The notes under the pieces are model-generated. The model had not been told where the DNA came from and ran no database searches. It saw nothing but the letters and a program-made list of their open reading frames with translations. From the NCBI RefSeq assembly GCF_006345805.1, contig NC_043000.1:29698001-29762000 (forward strand): a stretch of 64,000 bases of DNA, given 5' to 3'. The position numbers and the translations under genes are program-made. The DNA comes from Octopus sinensis. Taxonomy: Eukaryota. The first letter of the stretch is position 1. Every line of letters begins with the position of its first letter. Of this stretch, positions 39,425-53,095 are shown piece by piece.

Positions 39425-39570
39425 AGCTAATCGTAATCCCAAAGGTGGCTTTCAAATCACAAACTTAGTCACACGTGAAACAAATCCGAATTTCTGGATG
39501 CGACAAGCTGTTTCAAACCCACGTTGCGGAACCGAAGTGACGTCAATGGAAAGAATGTGCCAATCAAATT
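39425..39570. promoter_or_regulatory. Putative cis-regulatory cluster
   Basis: TAATCC (~39434), E-box CACGTG (39472-77), full CRE TGACGTCA (39538-45) and CCAAT (39560-64) in non-repeat sequence. Motif presence only. Confidence 0.25.
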
Positions 39571-39779
39571 GGAAATGAACATGATAAGAAAAAGAGCAAT
39601 AGCGAATGGCACCAGGCGACCGAGTGGGAAATTATTCCGTCGTCGCTAAGATTTTATCGCTTTGACTTCTAGCAAAAGATTTCTTTCGAATTACTTGTCT
39701 CCTTGATATAGCCTAAATATTATAAATTATATATGTATGTATGCATGTATGAATGTATATATTTATATATATGTGTGTG

Positions 39780-39861
<82 letters not shown>

Positions 39862-40702
39862 AGAGGAAGACCGAAAATAATATGGCGCAGAATTTGATAA
39901 CTGACATCATCAGAGAGACCAATTTTGCGTGGTCAGATGGCAACTAACAGAAACCAGTGATGTCTTCACGCTTCCCAGTGTACTTGACAGCACAAGAGGA
40001 ACCGATGATGATATTATTTTTTAAAATGTGAGATTTCAAAATGTTTCTGCCTTAATATAAAACTTTGAAATACCAAATAAACTAACACCACTTTGTTCTC
40101 ACTCCTCAGTGAATAGTCAAACAAGATGCCTTAACAAAATCTCTACGTAACAAATACAGTAATGAGTGGTTATAACAATATTGATTTTTAATATATACGC
40201 AGGGCCGCACGTCTAGGGTTGGGCTGTATAATCAATTATATCGATCTTACTATTTAAGTGGTACAGTTTTTATTATCAACAGCCACGAAAAAACGAAAGG
40301 CAGAGTTAGCTCCGTTGAGATTTGAATTTCGGCAATAAAGCTTCACCATTATATGTCCCAAAGCATTTTCTCCACCTCTCTGCTGAAGCTGACGATCTAT
40401 TACACTGGCGGCTGAGTAAATACTGACAAAGTGAGTATTATAATATTGCATTATGTTGGCACCATCGTTAGAGAGTCTTTGCCGCGTCGAAGACAATGTT
40501 TCGGCTCTCAGAGTTCAAATCCGGACAAGATCAGCGTGCTTATTTTTAGACTTTTGTTAGCCCCTGTTAAAAACGTTCCAAATAGCATAAAGCTTTCCAT
40601 TCATAAGTTCCAAGTTACTCAGTAGTTTAAGGATATTGGAAATGTGTATCATATATGATGGCAGGGAAATACATCCTGAATATCACATGATACACAGGAC
40701 AG

Positions 40703-41013
40703 GGGGAGACTCCCTTCGGTCATGAATGGCCATGGGATTGCACCTAGAAAGTAACCCTCCCAGGCACAAGTCCAGCAGTCGATCATGCATACCAACCTTC
40801 CCTCTCCACACCACTGATGTTATCCAAGGGAAAGCAAAGGCGCATTAAACTTGGCACCAGTGACGTCACAACTCATTTCTACAGCTGAGTGAACTGGAGC
40901 AACGTGAAATAAAGTGTTTTGCTCAAGAACACAACACGCAGCCCGGTCCGGGGATCGAAGTCACAATCTCACGATCGTAAGCTCGATGCTCTAACCACTG
41001 AGCCATGCACCTT
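40703..41013 (-). mobile_element. SINE, family 2 head with a distinct (possibly RTE-type) tail, 10 bp TSD
   Basis: CACAGGACAG at 40693-40702 and 41014-41023; head TGAAGGTGCATGGCTCAGTGGTTAGAGC on the minus strand. Confidence 0.9.
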
Positions 41014-41344
41014 CACAGGACAGACAAAGGGTTAAATAGTAGTCTTCGTTAACAATATTAATGAAGATTGGGTCATGCGAGATATTTGCCTTAGGTTGCA
41101 ACTAATCATATCTATAACTTAGATTATTGTCCTCCTCTGGGCCTTCTTTTGATTCTAGGTACAAAGATACATAGAGTGAACGGTAGAGAGAGAGAGAGAG
41201 AGAGAGAGAAGAGAAAGAGAAACAGAGAGAGACAGAGACAGAGACAAAGAGACAGACAGACACATAGATAGAAAGATAGACAAATGGATAGATAGGTACA
41301 AACACACACACAGAAACATATATAGATAGATAAATAGACATATA

Positions 41345-41347
41345 GAC

Positions 41348-41413
<66 letters not shown>

Positions 41414-41414
41414 G

Positions 41415-41471
<57 letters not shown>

Positions 41472-41480
41472 GGATGGATA
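41345..41480. repeat. (GATA)n microsatellite
   Basis: Direct reading. Confidence 0.95.
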
Positions 41481-41872
41481 GATCGATAGTTAGACAAACA
41501 GTCAGACAGACAGACACAAACAGATAGATAGATTGACCGACAGACAGATCGATAGATAGATAGAAAGATAGATACATGGATAGATAGAGGGGTGGAAAAG
41601 TAAAAAGGAGCACAACAAACCACACCCATGCAATATAAAATTGCATATGAATATAAATAAATTGTTATCATTAAAGAACTGAATTGCATCGGAACAAACC
41701 TAGCAAAATTGTTTGCAGACATTATTCAGTATTGAAATTATAATTATTCTGCTCGTTTAAAAAACAGAGAAAGTGTATCAATTATGACAGCAGGAAAATA
41801 TGTCCTGTGTACCATATGAGACAGAGGACAAAGAGTTAGAACTAACATTTACATGCATGGTATTGTAACCTA

Positions 41873-42183
41873 TGGTTTAGTGGTTAGGGTGTTCAGTTCA
41901 CGATCGCAAGGTCGTGAGTTCGATTCTTAGCGGGTCCTGGTGCCTGACATTTTAATCCACCTTGCTACAGTCCACTCAGCTGGCAAAAGTGAGTTGTGGC
42001 TGTAATTACAAAGGGCCAGCCTTGTCAAATTCTGTGTCACGATGATTCCTCCTGAGAACTACATTAAGGGTACGCGAGTTTGCAAGAGTGCGCAGCCACT
42101 TGCAAGTTAATTTCACGAGCAGGATGTTCAGTTGATCGTATCAACTGGAACAGTCATCGTCGTAAGCGACGGAGAGCCAGTTT
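41873..42183 (+). mobile_element. SINE, family 2, with 12 bp TSD (1 mismatch)
   Basis: TATTGTAACCTA at 41861-72 versus TATTGTACCCTA at 42184-95. Confidence 0.88.
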
Positions 42184-42909
42184 TATTGTACCCTACAGAC
42201 AATGTGTTACTAGTGTATAGAATATCTTTTGACTGAATATAACAAGACCGCCATCATACAGTCTTCACCTGTTGTTAGATAATTCCTTTGTACGATTCTT
42301 TGTATTTCATAGAATAAAGAATTGCTGTGGATGAAAAGCCTGTTTATCTCTGAGGACTGCGTTGGCCATGTCAATAATTCCTGGACAATTGATAAAAGAG
42401 AGATCGATGTGTTGGTTCTTGATCTGTAATTTTTTGAAATCTCTGTATGTATTGTAGCAGCATCACTGAAACATATCTTAGATTGTACCTTGGATAATAA
42501 TAAATACAAGGGTAGATAAAGGGTGGAATAGTGTAGCAAGTGTTAATTAAATATGATAAAGTGAAAACCGAATCATTCGCAATTATGATGCTGGCGATTA
42601 CGTGGAGTAACTTACAATGATGTTATCACGTGACTGACTTCAAAGTATTAATACATATATTCGATGTGGATTAGTAAGATTATCTGAATCGTGAAAGCGT
42701 CAGTCGAAATGTCTTGCAGTATTTGTTCCAAATCATTACATTCAGAGTTCAAATCCTTCTGAATTCAAATCTGTTTTTTATCATTTCGGGGTTGATAAAA
42801 AAGTATTTAAAATGTACCTGTTGGCTACTAGGGTTGATGTAATCGACTATTTACCTTCGCTAAAATTTCAGGCTTGTGCCTACAGTGGACGGGTTTGTTA
42901 TTATTATTC

Positions 42910-43148
42910 TTCAGTAGTTTTATTTTTATAGCGTGCTTTCACTTCACTACCGAGCGCAGCTCTGTGTGCCTTGGGTATGTGCTGTGATTTGTTGTGATGC
43001 TCTGATGGTTATTGTATGGAAAGTGTTCTGCGTAGGATGTGTACAGTGCCTAGTAGTGCAATTTTGTGTATGTTATATGTGTTTGTAAGTCCTGGTGTTT
43101 TTGTTATGTATTTGTCTGAATATTTTTTTATCATGCCTAATGCACAAT
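42910..43148 (-). mobile_element. R4/Dong-clade LINE 3' fragment (subfamily B)
   Basis: ALGMIKKYSDKYITKTPGLTNTYNIHKIALLGTVHILRRTL* is the C-terminal tail of a restriction-like endonuclease (RLE); (AAT)n on both sides. Confidence 0.8.
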
Positions 43149-43177
43149 TATTATCATTATTATTATTACTACTACTG

Positions 43178-43729
<552 letters not shown>

Positions 43730-43939
43730 CATTATTATTATTATTGCCTAGTGGTTAGTGTGCTGTACTCACAATCTAGCCATCGAGATTTCATTTTCTA
43801 GATCGGATGGTGCGTTCTTTTCTTGAGCAAAGCACTTCACCCCACCGTGGCTTTGCTATCAATTCAACATCTAACGCATGGTACAGATTACACTTGTTCA
43901 GACAAAATGCCGCTAACACTTTGCCCGGCGTGCTAACTA

Positions 43940-44450
43940 CCGTAAATCCTCGAGTATAATCCGCATTTTTTCCCAAAATTTAAAGGTCCAAATCCCTAGT
44001 GTGTATTATACACGAGGTTAAAAATGAAAATTATTTTCTAAGCCATGTTCGATTTTCTATTTGCTGTCCAGTAATGTTTATTCAGACACATTTTGTGATG
44101 CCGGGCGCGAAAATACCTTAAGCTAAGCCTAAAAGCAATGAAGTCATAAAAGAATCATCCATAACTTGCAGTAAGCAACATTTATTAAACGTTATTACTG
44201 TTATTTCTTTATTTTCTGCAAACAAAACGCACAAAAAAGCTACACGTTTGCATTATGTTATATATACAATAATAATAAAGGACTTTACCGTATACATTTT
44301 TACAAACCAAGGACGTCATATAGACCTCCTTGACTCAAGTTAGAGAAACGGTGCGTATTATACACAAGGTTTAGCTTTTTCAGTGGTACAGCCCCCTAAA
44401 AATCCCCTGTGTATTATATTCAAGGGCGGACTATTCTCGAAGATTTACGG
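43940..44450. mobile_element. pogo/Tigger (Tc2)-type MITE, 511 bp
   Basis: 25 bp TIRs CCGTAAATC(C/T)TCGAG(T/A)ATA(A/G)TCCGC with TA on both sides (43938-39, 44451-52); subterminal G(T/C)GTATTATACAC repeats. Confidence 0.9.
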
Positions 44451-44599
44451 TATTTCGCCCTCAATCCGACTTATAATCGCATAATAAAAGATTATAAGGG
44501 AAAATGGTAGAATGTATTGTAATATGAAATGCATTTGACCATCGCCACAATACTTCTTGAGTACATAACTTGAAGCACCATATGTGCAGGATGGCAAAT

Positions 44600-44960
44600 T
44601 TCAGTTGTAACGATGCGCAACTAATTTCTTTGAAGAAATAAAACATGGCGAAAACAGTTTGGTTTAAGGAAGATAATAATTAAATAAATCTGTCGATAGA
44701 AGATATATTTAATTATTATCTTAGAGGAATAAACAAAATTTGGAGAAGGAGATAATAAGTAAGATATCAATATGAAAGTGTTCTTTATCAAGGAATACGA
44801 GAATATATTGAGAATTATAGAAGCGTTGAACGAAATATTCATGAATGCCGACCTGGACATCAAAAGGAGTTTGCAAGTCCACTGAGATCTTGTAAAAGAT
44901 TATTTTTTCTGAATCACAAGAGCGAAGAATGGAGATTTGAAGTAAGAGAATTCGGTGCAA
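44600..44960 (+). pseudogene. Possible Tigger/pogo transposase C-terminal relic
   Basis: The frame LRIIEALNEIFMNADLDIKRSLQVH*DLVKDY resembles the Tigger ...ADPN.ERS... C-terminus; heavily decayed. Confidence 0.3.
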
Positions 44961-45007
44961 CCTCTTTTCATTAAATATTGAAGACAACAACAATAAAAAT
45001 CGCTATA

Positions 45008-45217
45008 TAATAATGATTCCAAATTTTGGCACAAGGCTAGCAATTTTGGGGAAGGGGATAAATCGGTTACATAGACCCCAGTGCTCAAGTAGTACATATT
45101 TTATGGACCCCGAAGGGATGAAAGGCAAAGAGAACCTCGACTGAATTTGAACTCAAAAAGCGAAGACGCTAAGCAAATCCCACCGGCCTGTTAACGAGTC
45201 TGCCAGCTCGCCAACTT
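45008..45217 (-). mobile_element. SINE, family 1
   Basis: Reverse complement of GGCGAGCTGGCAGACTCGTTAAC... Confidence 0.85.
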
Positions 45218-45263
45218 AGATCTCACAGTGATGCCTTACATAGTACAGAGAGAGGAAGAGGAG

Positions 45264-45336
<73 letters not shown>

Positions 45337-45662
45337 GAGAGTAAAAAAGATTAGGATTATACGAGAAATGCAGCCTGGTTGCAGATACTGGCAATGAGTA
45401 AATGGATGCTAGACATATACAGTGATCAGAGATAAGCACATAATGCGAAAGGAAGCGCATAAATGTGAAACAAGGTTGAAAAAATAGTACTCGAATACCA
45501 GAGGTAGAGTAATATGCTTTCTTAACAAGCAGCGAAAATATCACAAACGTTCTCCGGGCAGTTTTGTCCGACGAACGGCATCGTGAAACTCTGAGTAACA
45601 GTGTTTGTGATATTTTTGCTGCTTTTTAAGAACGTACACACACACACGCGCGCGCATACATA

Positions 45663-45840
45663 CTGGGAACAGTGAGCAAAAATCTCGAGAAGTATGTGGA
45701 ACAAATAGGGGCTGCAATAAGGGTGGAGTACTTGCAGAAAACAGCACTGCTTGAAACCGCTCGAATACTCCGGAAAGTGCTAGAAAAATAAGAGGTATTA
45801 CCTTAGTTCACTGGTGTGAACAGCTGACACCGTAGTACAC
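45663..45840 (+). mobile_element. R4/Dong-clade LINE 3' end (same subfamily as 43277-43690)
   Basis: LGTVSKNLEKYVEQIGAAIRVEYLQKTALLETARILRKVLEK* plus the shared 3' UTR CCTTAGTTCACTGG. Confidence 0.85.
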
Positions 45841-46129
45841 ATATACTCTTTACTCTTTTATTTGTTTCAGTCATTTCACTGTGGCCATGCTGGAGCACCG
45901 CCTTTAGTGTATAATATAATATGCGTGTATAATATAAACAAACATTTGTTTTTATAAACATCGAAGAACACTACAAATAAGATGATATTTTTTTCGAATA
46001 CTGAATTGCAGTTAGAATAGCTAGGTTAATTACCCTTACAAATTTTTCCGCTTTGAAAGGGTAATTTACTCAGTATTTCTGCTGTTCTAACGGCAGTTCC
46101 GTGTTCGAAAAAATATCAGCTTACTCGTA

Positions 46130-46283
46130 TCGTACTGTGGTAAGAAGCTTGCTTCCCAGCCACATGGCTCTGGGTTCAATCCCATTGCGTGGCATCTTGG
46201 ATAAATGTCTTTTACTATAGCCTCGGGCTGACCAAGACCTTATGAGTGTATTTTGTAGACGGAAGCTGAAAGAAACCCATCGT
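46130..46283 (+). mobile_element. SINE, family 3 (5' half)
   Basis: CTGTGGTAAGAAGCTTGCTTCCC...GACGGAAGCTGAAAGAA, running into (TA)n. Confidence 0.85.
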
Positions 46284-46301
46284 ATATATATATATATATA
46301 T

Positions 46302-48811
46302 TATATAAAAGGGCTTAGTAAATAAATTACTTTGCCGCATACTGAACTCATTAGAAATAGCAGCTAAAAAACTTTTTTAAAGCATTTGATTTTTCGATGT
46401 CCTTACCCCCAAACTTTTGTGAGTTGAATTAAGCAAACACTATTATGAGAGAGATTTTCTTAAGTATTAGAAATAGCTTTAAAAAAGTTTTTTAGCTGCT
46501 ATTTCTAATGAGTTCAGTATGCGGCAAAGTAATTTATTTTACTAGCCCTTTTATATAATGTAATAATTTGAATTCGCCTTGAATGGTCCCTTGCATACTG
46601 AACATGGTGTGAATTGATTATAATTAATTAATTTTGCCCTCAATTGTTGAAATATAATTAATCTCCCTCTGATTAATGCTTCGGATTTTACCGAAATAAG
46701 ATAGTGTTGTTTGATGATTTTAACCCACGCGGGTGGAAAGGGGAGAAAGAGATTCTTCGCTTGCTTATTTGAATTTGTTGACACTGTTAGTTGGAAGCAG
46801 ATCTTCGAAAGGGTATGTTCTTATTTTAGTGTTCCAAATCCAAACCAAGAAAGAATTTCTGAGCCGATGTGATAGAAAGTTGTTTTGACTAATCTTGAAA
46901 CGTACGTTCTCGAATAACCTTAGCATTGGATTTTCGATGTCCTTACCCCCAAACTTTTGTGAGTTGAATTAAGCAAAAAATATATATGAGAGCAGATTTC
47001 TTTAAGTATTAGAAATAGCTTTAAAAAAGTTTTTTAGCTGCTATTTCTAATGAGTCAGTATGCGGCAAAGTAATTATTTTACTAAGCCCTTTTATATAAT
47101 GTAATAATTTGAATTCGCCTTGAAGGTCCCTTTGCATACTGAACACTTGGTGAAATGAAATTAATAATTAATTAATTTTGCCCTCAATGTTGAAATTATA
47201 ATTAATCTCCCTCTGATTAATGCTTCGGATTTTACCGAAATAAGCATAGTGTTTATGATTTTAACCCACGCTGGTGGAAAGGGGAGAACAGAGATTCTTC
47301 GCTTGCTTATTTGAATTTGTTGACACTGTTAGTTGAAGCAGATCTTCGAAAGGGTATGTTCTTATTTTCAGTGTTTCCAAATCCAAACCAAGGAATTTCT
47401 GAGCCGATGATAGAAATGTTGTTTTGACTAATCTTGAAACGTACGTTCTCGAATAACCTTAGCATTTGATTTTTCGATGTCCTTACCCCCAAACTTTTGT
47501 GAGTTGAATTAAGCAAACACTATATATGAGAGGAGATTTTCTTTAAGTATTAGAAATAGCTTTAAAAAAGTTTTTTAGCTGCTATTTCTAAAGGGTTCAG
47601 TATGCGGCAAAGTAATTTATTTTACTAAGCTTTTTATATATGTAATAATTTGAATTCGCCTTGAATGGTCCCTTTGCATACTGAACACTTGGTGAAATTG
47701 ATTAATAATTAATTAATTTTGCCCTCAATTGTTGAAATTATAATTACTCCCTCTGATTAATGCTTCGGATTTTACCGAAATAAGCATAGTGTTGATGATT
47801 TTAACCCACGCTGGTGGAAAGGGGAGAACAGAGATTCTTCGCTTGCTTATTTGAATTGTTGACACTGTTAGTGGAAGCAGATCTTCGAAAGGGTATGTTC
47901 TTATTTTCAGTGTTCCAAATCCAAACCAAGGAATTTCTGGGCCGATGATAGAAATGTTGTTTTGACTAATCTTGAAACGTACGTTCTCGAATAACCTTAG
48001 CATTTGATTTTTTTCGATGTCCTTACCCCAACTTTTGTGAGTTGAATTAAGCAAACACTATATATGAGAGAGATTTTCTTTAAGTATTAGAAATAGCTTT
48101 AAAAAAGTTTTTTAGCTGCTCTATTTTAATGGGTTCAGTATGCGGCAAAGTAATTTATTTTACTAAGCCTTTTATATAATGTATAATTGAATTCGCCTGG
48201 AATGGTCCTTTGCATACTGAACAACTTGGTGAAATTGATTAATAATTAATTAATTTTGCCCTCAATTGTTGAAATTATAATTAATCTCCCTCTGTTAATG
48301 CTTCGGATGTTACCGAAATAAGCATAGTGGTTTGATGATTTTAACCCACGCTGGTGAAAGGGGAGAACAGAGATTCTTCGCTGCTTATTTGAATTTGTTG
48401 ACACTGTAGTTGGAAGCAGCAGATCTTCGAAAGGGTATGTTCTTATTTTCAGTGTTTCCAAATCCAAACCAAGGATTTCTGAGCCGATGATAGAAATGTT
48501 GTTTTGACTAATCTTGAAACGTACGTTCTCGAATAACCTTAGCATTTGATTTTTCGATGTCCTTACCCCCAAACTTTTGTTGAGTTGAATTAAGCAAACA
48601 CTATATATGAGAGAGATTTTCTTTAAGTATTAGAAATAGCTTTAAAAAAGTTTTTTAGTGCTATTCTAATGAGTTCAGTATGCGGCAAAGTAATTTATTT
48701 TACTAAGCCTTTTATATAATGTAATAATTTGAATCGCCTTGAATGGTCCCTTTGCATACTGAACACTTGGTGAAATTGATACTTAATTAATTATTTTGCC
48801 CTCAATTGTTG

Positions 48812-48818
<7 letters not shown>
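46302..48818 (+). repeat. ~540 bp tandem array (4.5 copies) with an 82 bp 5' inverted segment and degenerate hammerhead motifs
   Basis: Unit starts GCATT(T)GAT..TCGATGTCC at 46382, 46923, 47462, 48000 and 48542. 46302-46383 is the reverse complement of 46476-46557. (TA)n lies on both sides. Each full unit has CCGATGA...GAAACGTACGTT-CTCGAA. Confidence 0.93.
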
Positions 48819-48844
<26 letters not shown>

Positions 48845-48848
<4 letters not shown>

Positions 48849-49075
48849 GCGTGTGTGCGTCTTTGTGTGTCTGTGTTTGTACTCCCCACCATCGCTTGAC
48901 AACCGATGCAGGTGTGTTTGTGTCCCCGTAATGTAGCAGTTCGGCAAAAGAGTCCGATGGAATAAGTACTAGGCTTACAAAGACTAAGTCCTGGGGTCGA
49001 TTTGCTCGACTAAAGGCTGTACTTCAGCATGGCCGCAGTGAAATGACTGAAACAAATAAAAGAATAAAAGAACAA
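48845..49075 (+). mobile_element. SINE, family 3 (3' half)
   Basis: CATCGCTTGACAACCGATG...CAGCATGGCCGCAG...(AAAGAAT)n tail. Confidence 0.85.
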
Positions 49076-49154
49076 TAAAAATACATACTCAGGGTGCGGG
49101 GAATAAATTGCCGTCTAAATTACGCAAAAATGAAAATAACATGAATAACAACAA

Positions 49155-49548
49155 TTCTGTGGTAAGTAGCTTGCTTACGAACCACATGGTTCCGGGTTCA
49201 GTCCCACGGCGTGGCACTTTGGGCAAGTGTCTTCTACTATAGCCTCGGGCCGACCAAAGCCTTGTGAGTGGATTTGGGGTAGACGGAAACTGAAAGAAGC
49301 ACGTCGTATATATGTATATATGTATGTATGTGCGTGTATATATTTGTGTGTCTGTGTTTGTCCCCACCAACATCGCTTGACAACCGATGCTGGTGTGTTT
49401 ACGTCCCCTTAAATTAGCGGTTCGGCAAAAGAGTCCGATGGAATAAGTACTAGGCTTACAAAGACTAAGTCCTGGCGTCGATTTGCTCGACTAAAGCCGG
49501 TGCTCCAGCGTGGCCACAGTCAAATGACTGAAACAAGTAAAAGAGCAA
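49155..49548 (+). mobile_element. SINE, family 3
   Basis: Matches 28065-28470. Confidence 0.9.
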
Positions 49549-50290
49549 GCAATATTCAGTCTCCCCTCTACCAGATCCGCAAATACACAAATAAGGCTGT
49601 GTTCGGCCCGGAGCTAGGGTAGAAGACACTAACCCAAAGTGCCACGCAGTGGTGCTGAACACAGAACTAAGAAGTTGGAAAAAAGCTCCTTACCACACAG
49701 CCACGCCTGTGCTTATTCGCTGATTTTTTTCACACTCATCTGTATAATTATTTTTTTCCCCATAAATGTTGAAATTTCGCTTTTATTTCTTAAAACAGTA
49801 ATTTATTGCGTTGTTTATAATAAACATAAATTATGTAATAAATTAATTTTTATAGTCTTTTGCTATTTCATTAAATTAAAAGAAGGTGGGAAACCGTTTC
49901 TTAAAATTTTATTGCTCGTTTTAATTAGGTTGGCAACAATTACCATATTTTATTTGCTAAAGTAACTTCGAATAGTACGGATTTGACATGTATGGGAGTT
50001 TTCTTCGATTAGTTACTTGTTCTGAGATATGGCACAAGCGCGACTGTGTGGTAAGAAGCTTGCTTCCTAACCACATGCTTCCGGGTTCAGTCCCACGCCG
50101 ACCAACTCTTTGTGAGTGGATTCGGTAGATGGAAACTGAAAGAAGCCCGTCGTATATATATATATATATATACGTGAAGCTTTACGTGTTTTCTCTCAAC
50201 AAACACTCACAACGCCTGGTCTGGAAATTGAAACCTGCTGCCCTAACCACTGGGCCGTTGCGCCTCCACACACACTCACACACACGTATG

Positions 50291-50326
<36 letters not shown>

Positions 50327-50343
50327 CATACATACATACATAC

Positions 50344-50410
<67 letters not shown>

Positions 50411-51213
50411 TTATGTATGTATTTATTTATGCATGAATGTATGTCTGTATGATGTATGTATGTCTATATGTAGGCATGTATGTATATGTATACCTATAAA
50501 TGTGTGTATGTGTGATAAATGAAAACAATGTATAAACAAACGCCGTAACATATACTGAATGTAGAAACGAACGGGATACAAACAGAAACCCTATAATTCT
50601 TCATCAGTTATCGACCAATCGTATTCTTCAGTTTCGCCCCCTTAACGATAAGACCGAGGGCTTCCAAATTGTCAGTGCTCGCAAAATAACAGTTTTCTTG
50701 CGTAGAATTAAGGACAAGAGCAAACAAAACGAAAAAAAAATAACATGCAAGATGACACTGAGTGTGATTTAGGGCGGTGGACGAGGACAAACATCGAACA
50801 AAATACGTCCTCCGGGGCCAAGGAGACGAAAATAGTGGATAACGCTTGGAAAAGATTTTGAAGGATGGAAAGCGGAGAGACAGAATTTGGGACGTCTATG
50901 TGTCTGTATTTTTCCCACCGCTTCAAAATCTTTGTTGGTTTGTTTACATCCTCGTAACTTAACGCTTTCGGCAAAAGAAACGGACAGAATAAATTCCAGA
51001 TTTGAAGAAAGTACTGGGAGCGATTCGTCGACTAAAATACTTCAACGTAGTGCCCCTGTATGGCCACAGTCCCTTGACTAAAAATAGTAAAAAATGGGGA
51101 TCTCACTTACTCTCTTTATCTCTCATATATTCTACACACACACACACACACGTATATATTTATAGATAAAATGAAACTTTTTTATCAAGCCTTCTTAAAT
51201 AGACCAGAGTGAC

Positions 51214-51275
<62 letters not shown>

Positions 51276-51441
51276 GAGGGAAGGGAGCATAGAGAGAGAG
51301 TGAGAGAGAGAGAGAGATAAACAGAGGGAAAGAGAGGGAGAGAACTATCACAGAAAAAAGTGAGTTATCTCTTTAAATAAATAAACGATTCGCGGGCGTT
51401 AAGTAACAAGAATACAAGTTTGCGTGTGTATTTATACATAA

Positions 51442-51486
<45 letters not shown>

Positions 51487-51710
51487 TATTATATCGATAT
51501 ATCGAAACTGTAATGATGATTGGCAGCTTGACTGATGAATAGACAGCCATGAATGTTCCGTCACGAATTTCCTGTCCATTTTTGTATCGGCCATCTGTTC
51601 GTATGTTTATTGTCGTCCGTTAGGTTCTTTTTTCGTTTTTTGGGGTGGGTGGGTGGGGGCATTTATATATACATATAGCTGCTTACGTACACCTTTGTTG
51701 AGCTTGTAAG

Positions 51711-51746
<36 letters not shown>

Positions 51747-52158
51747 TAAAAATCTACCACAACTCAATATGAACACATAACTTAATACAGAACACTATTA
51801 ACCTTTCAATTAATACCACCCATACATCCCATACCACATTCACCTTACAGAATTATATCTACCCTAATTGCACCAAATCCAGAACTACTTACCGCCCTTA
51901 CACATAATCATTTTACTCAGAGACTAGTAGACCCGACACCGTTCGGTAATCGGTGCGCATTCAAAGCAGTGATCAATAATTCTGTGAAACCGGTATGCTT
52001 TTGGATCTCTCTAACAATTTACAATAATGACTTTTATTACTTTCATTCCTACCTCACTTCATCTAATTGTATATATCTATCGTTACTTTTCATAAAAAGC
52101 CTTTACTTTTTTTGATTTCCAATGTGCATTTTCGCTTACTTTTCTTAAATATACATAC

Positions 52159-52239
<81 letters not shown>

Positions 52240-52699
52240 ATGTATGTATGTATATATATCCTGTCATACGGAGTTTCATAGCTTTATCTGAGTCACTCTG
52301 TTATAACTCCAATTGACAGTCCCAGTATGGAATGCTTAGAGACAATGACAAACATTAAATGTTTACAAACATTGGTCGGTATTAATATGTTGTTGGCCAT
52401 CAAGACAGAAATTCATATCGACTCTCACCATATCGCTTCAGGTGCATGCACGCTAACGCCATAAATACATTCATTATTGACTAGGGAACTAATCGATAAC
52501 TGCATTTCTCACTGTCGGCCGCCACCCAACCGTGCAACTGTCATTTCTCATTCACCGATCAACCAGTTATCAACTTAATTCTATTTTTCTCCCTGGCTCT
52601 CTACCTTACGGTCTGCCTTCTTCGTTGAAATTAGCCAGCTCTGAAGTTAGCCTATTTGCGCTTCAGGAACTCGTTTCTTTGCTTGTTTGTTTCCTTCGT

Positions 52700-52740
<41 letters not shown>

Positions 52741-52799
52741 CATTCATTCTTTTTTTCTTTCTTCCTTTCTTTCTTTCATCGTCGTCGTCTTCTTCTTCT

Positions 52800-52801
<2 letters not shown>

Positions 52802-52877
<76 letters not shown>

Positions 52878-52887
52878 TATTATTATT
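52802..52887. repeat. (ATT)n microsatellite
   Basis: Direct reading. Confidence 0.95.
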
Positions 52888-53095
52888 AAGGCGGCAAGCT
52901 GGCAGAACCGTTAGCACTCCGGGAAAATGCTTAGCGGTATATCGTCTGCTGCCATGTTATCTGAGTTCAAATTCCGCCGAGGTCGACTTTTGCGTTTCAT
53001 ACTTTCGAATCGATAACACAAGTACCTGTTGCTCACTGGGGTCTATGTAATTGACCGTAACCCCTCGCTCAAAGCTGCAGGCCTTGACCCTACTT
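52888..53095 (+). mobile_element. SINE, family 1
   Basis: Head AAGGCGGCAAGCTGGCAGAACCGTTAGC. Confidence 0.87.

Larger units (their letters stand above)
40560..42540 (-). pseudogene. Decayed nAChR-like region (partly duplicated), interrupted by two SINEs and (GATA)n
   Basis: With the SINEs removed, minus frames give NTYRDFKKL, LLSIV..LLTW, LYDGGLVIF, C.VQY...C...WYTGHIFL, IIDT..FK.AE* and QFF..NNLFIF. The segment ~41770-41830 recurs at ~40640-40700 and ~22150-22200. Confidence 0.35.

Noticed and set aside
46382-48818. CRISPR-like or satellite-gene interpretation; the ORFs repeated in each unit (MLNSTHKS...)
   Set aside because: Whole units repeat without unique spacers, the context is eukaryotic, and the ORFs are antisense, short and broken differently in each copy.
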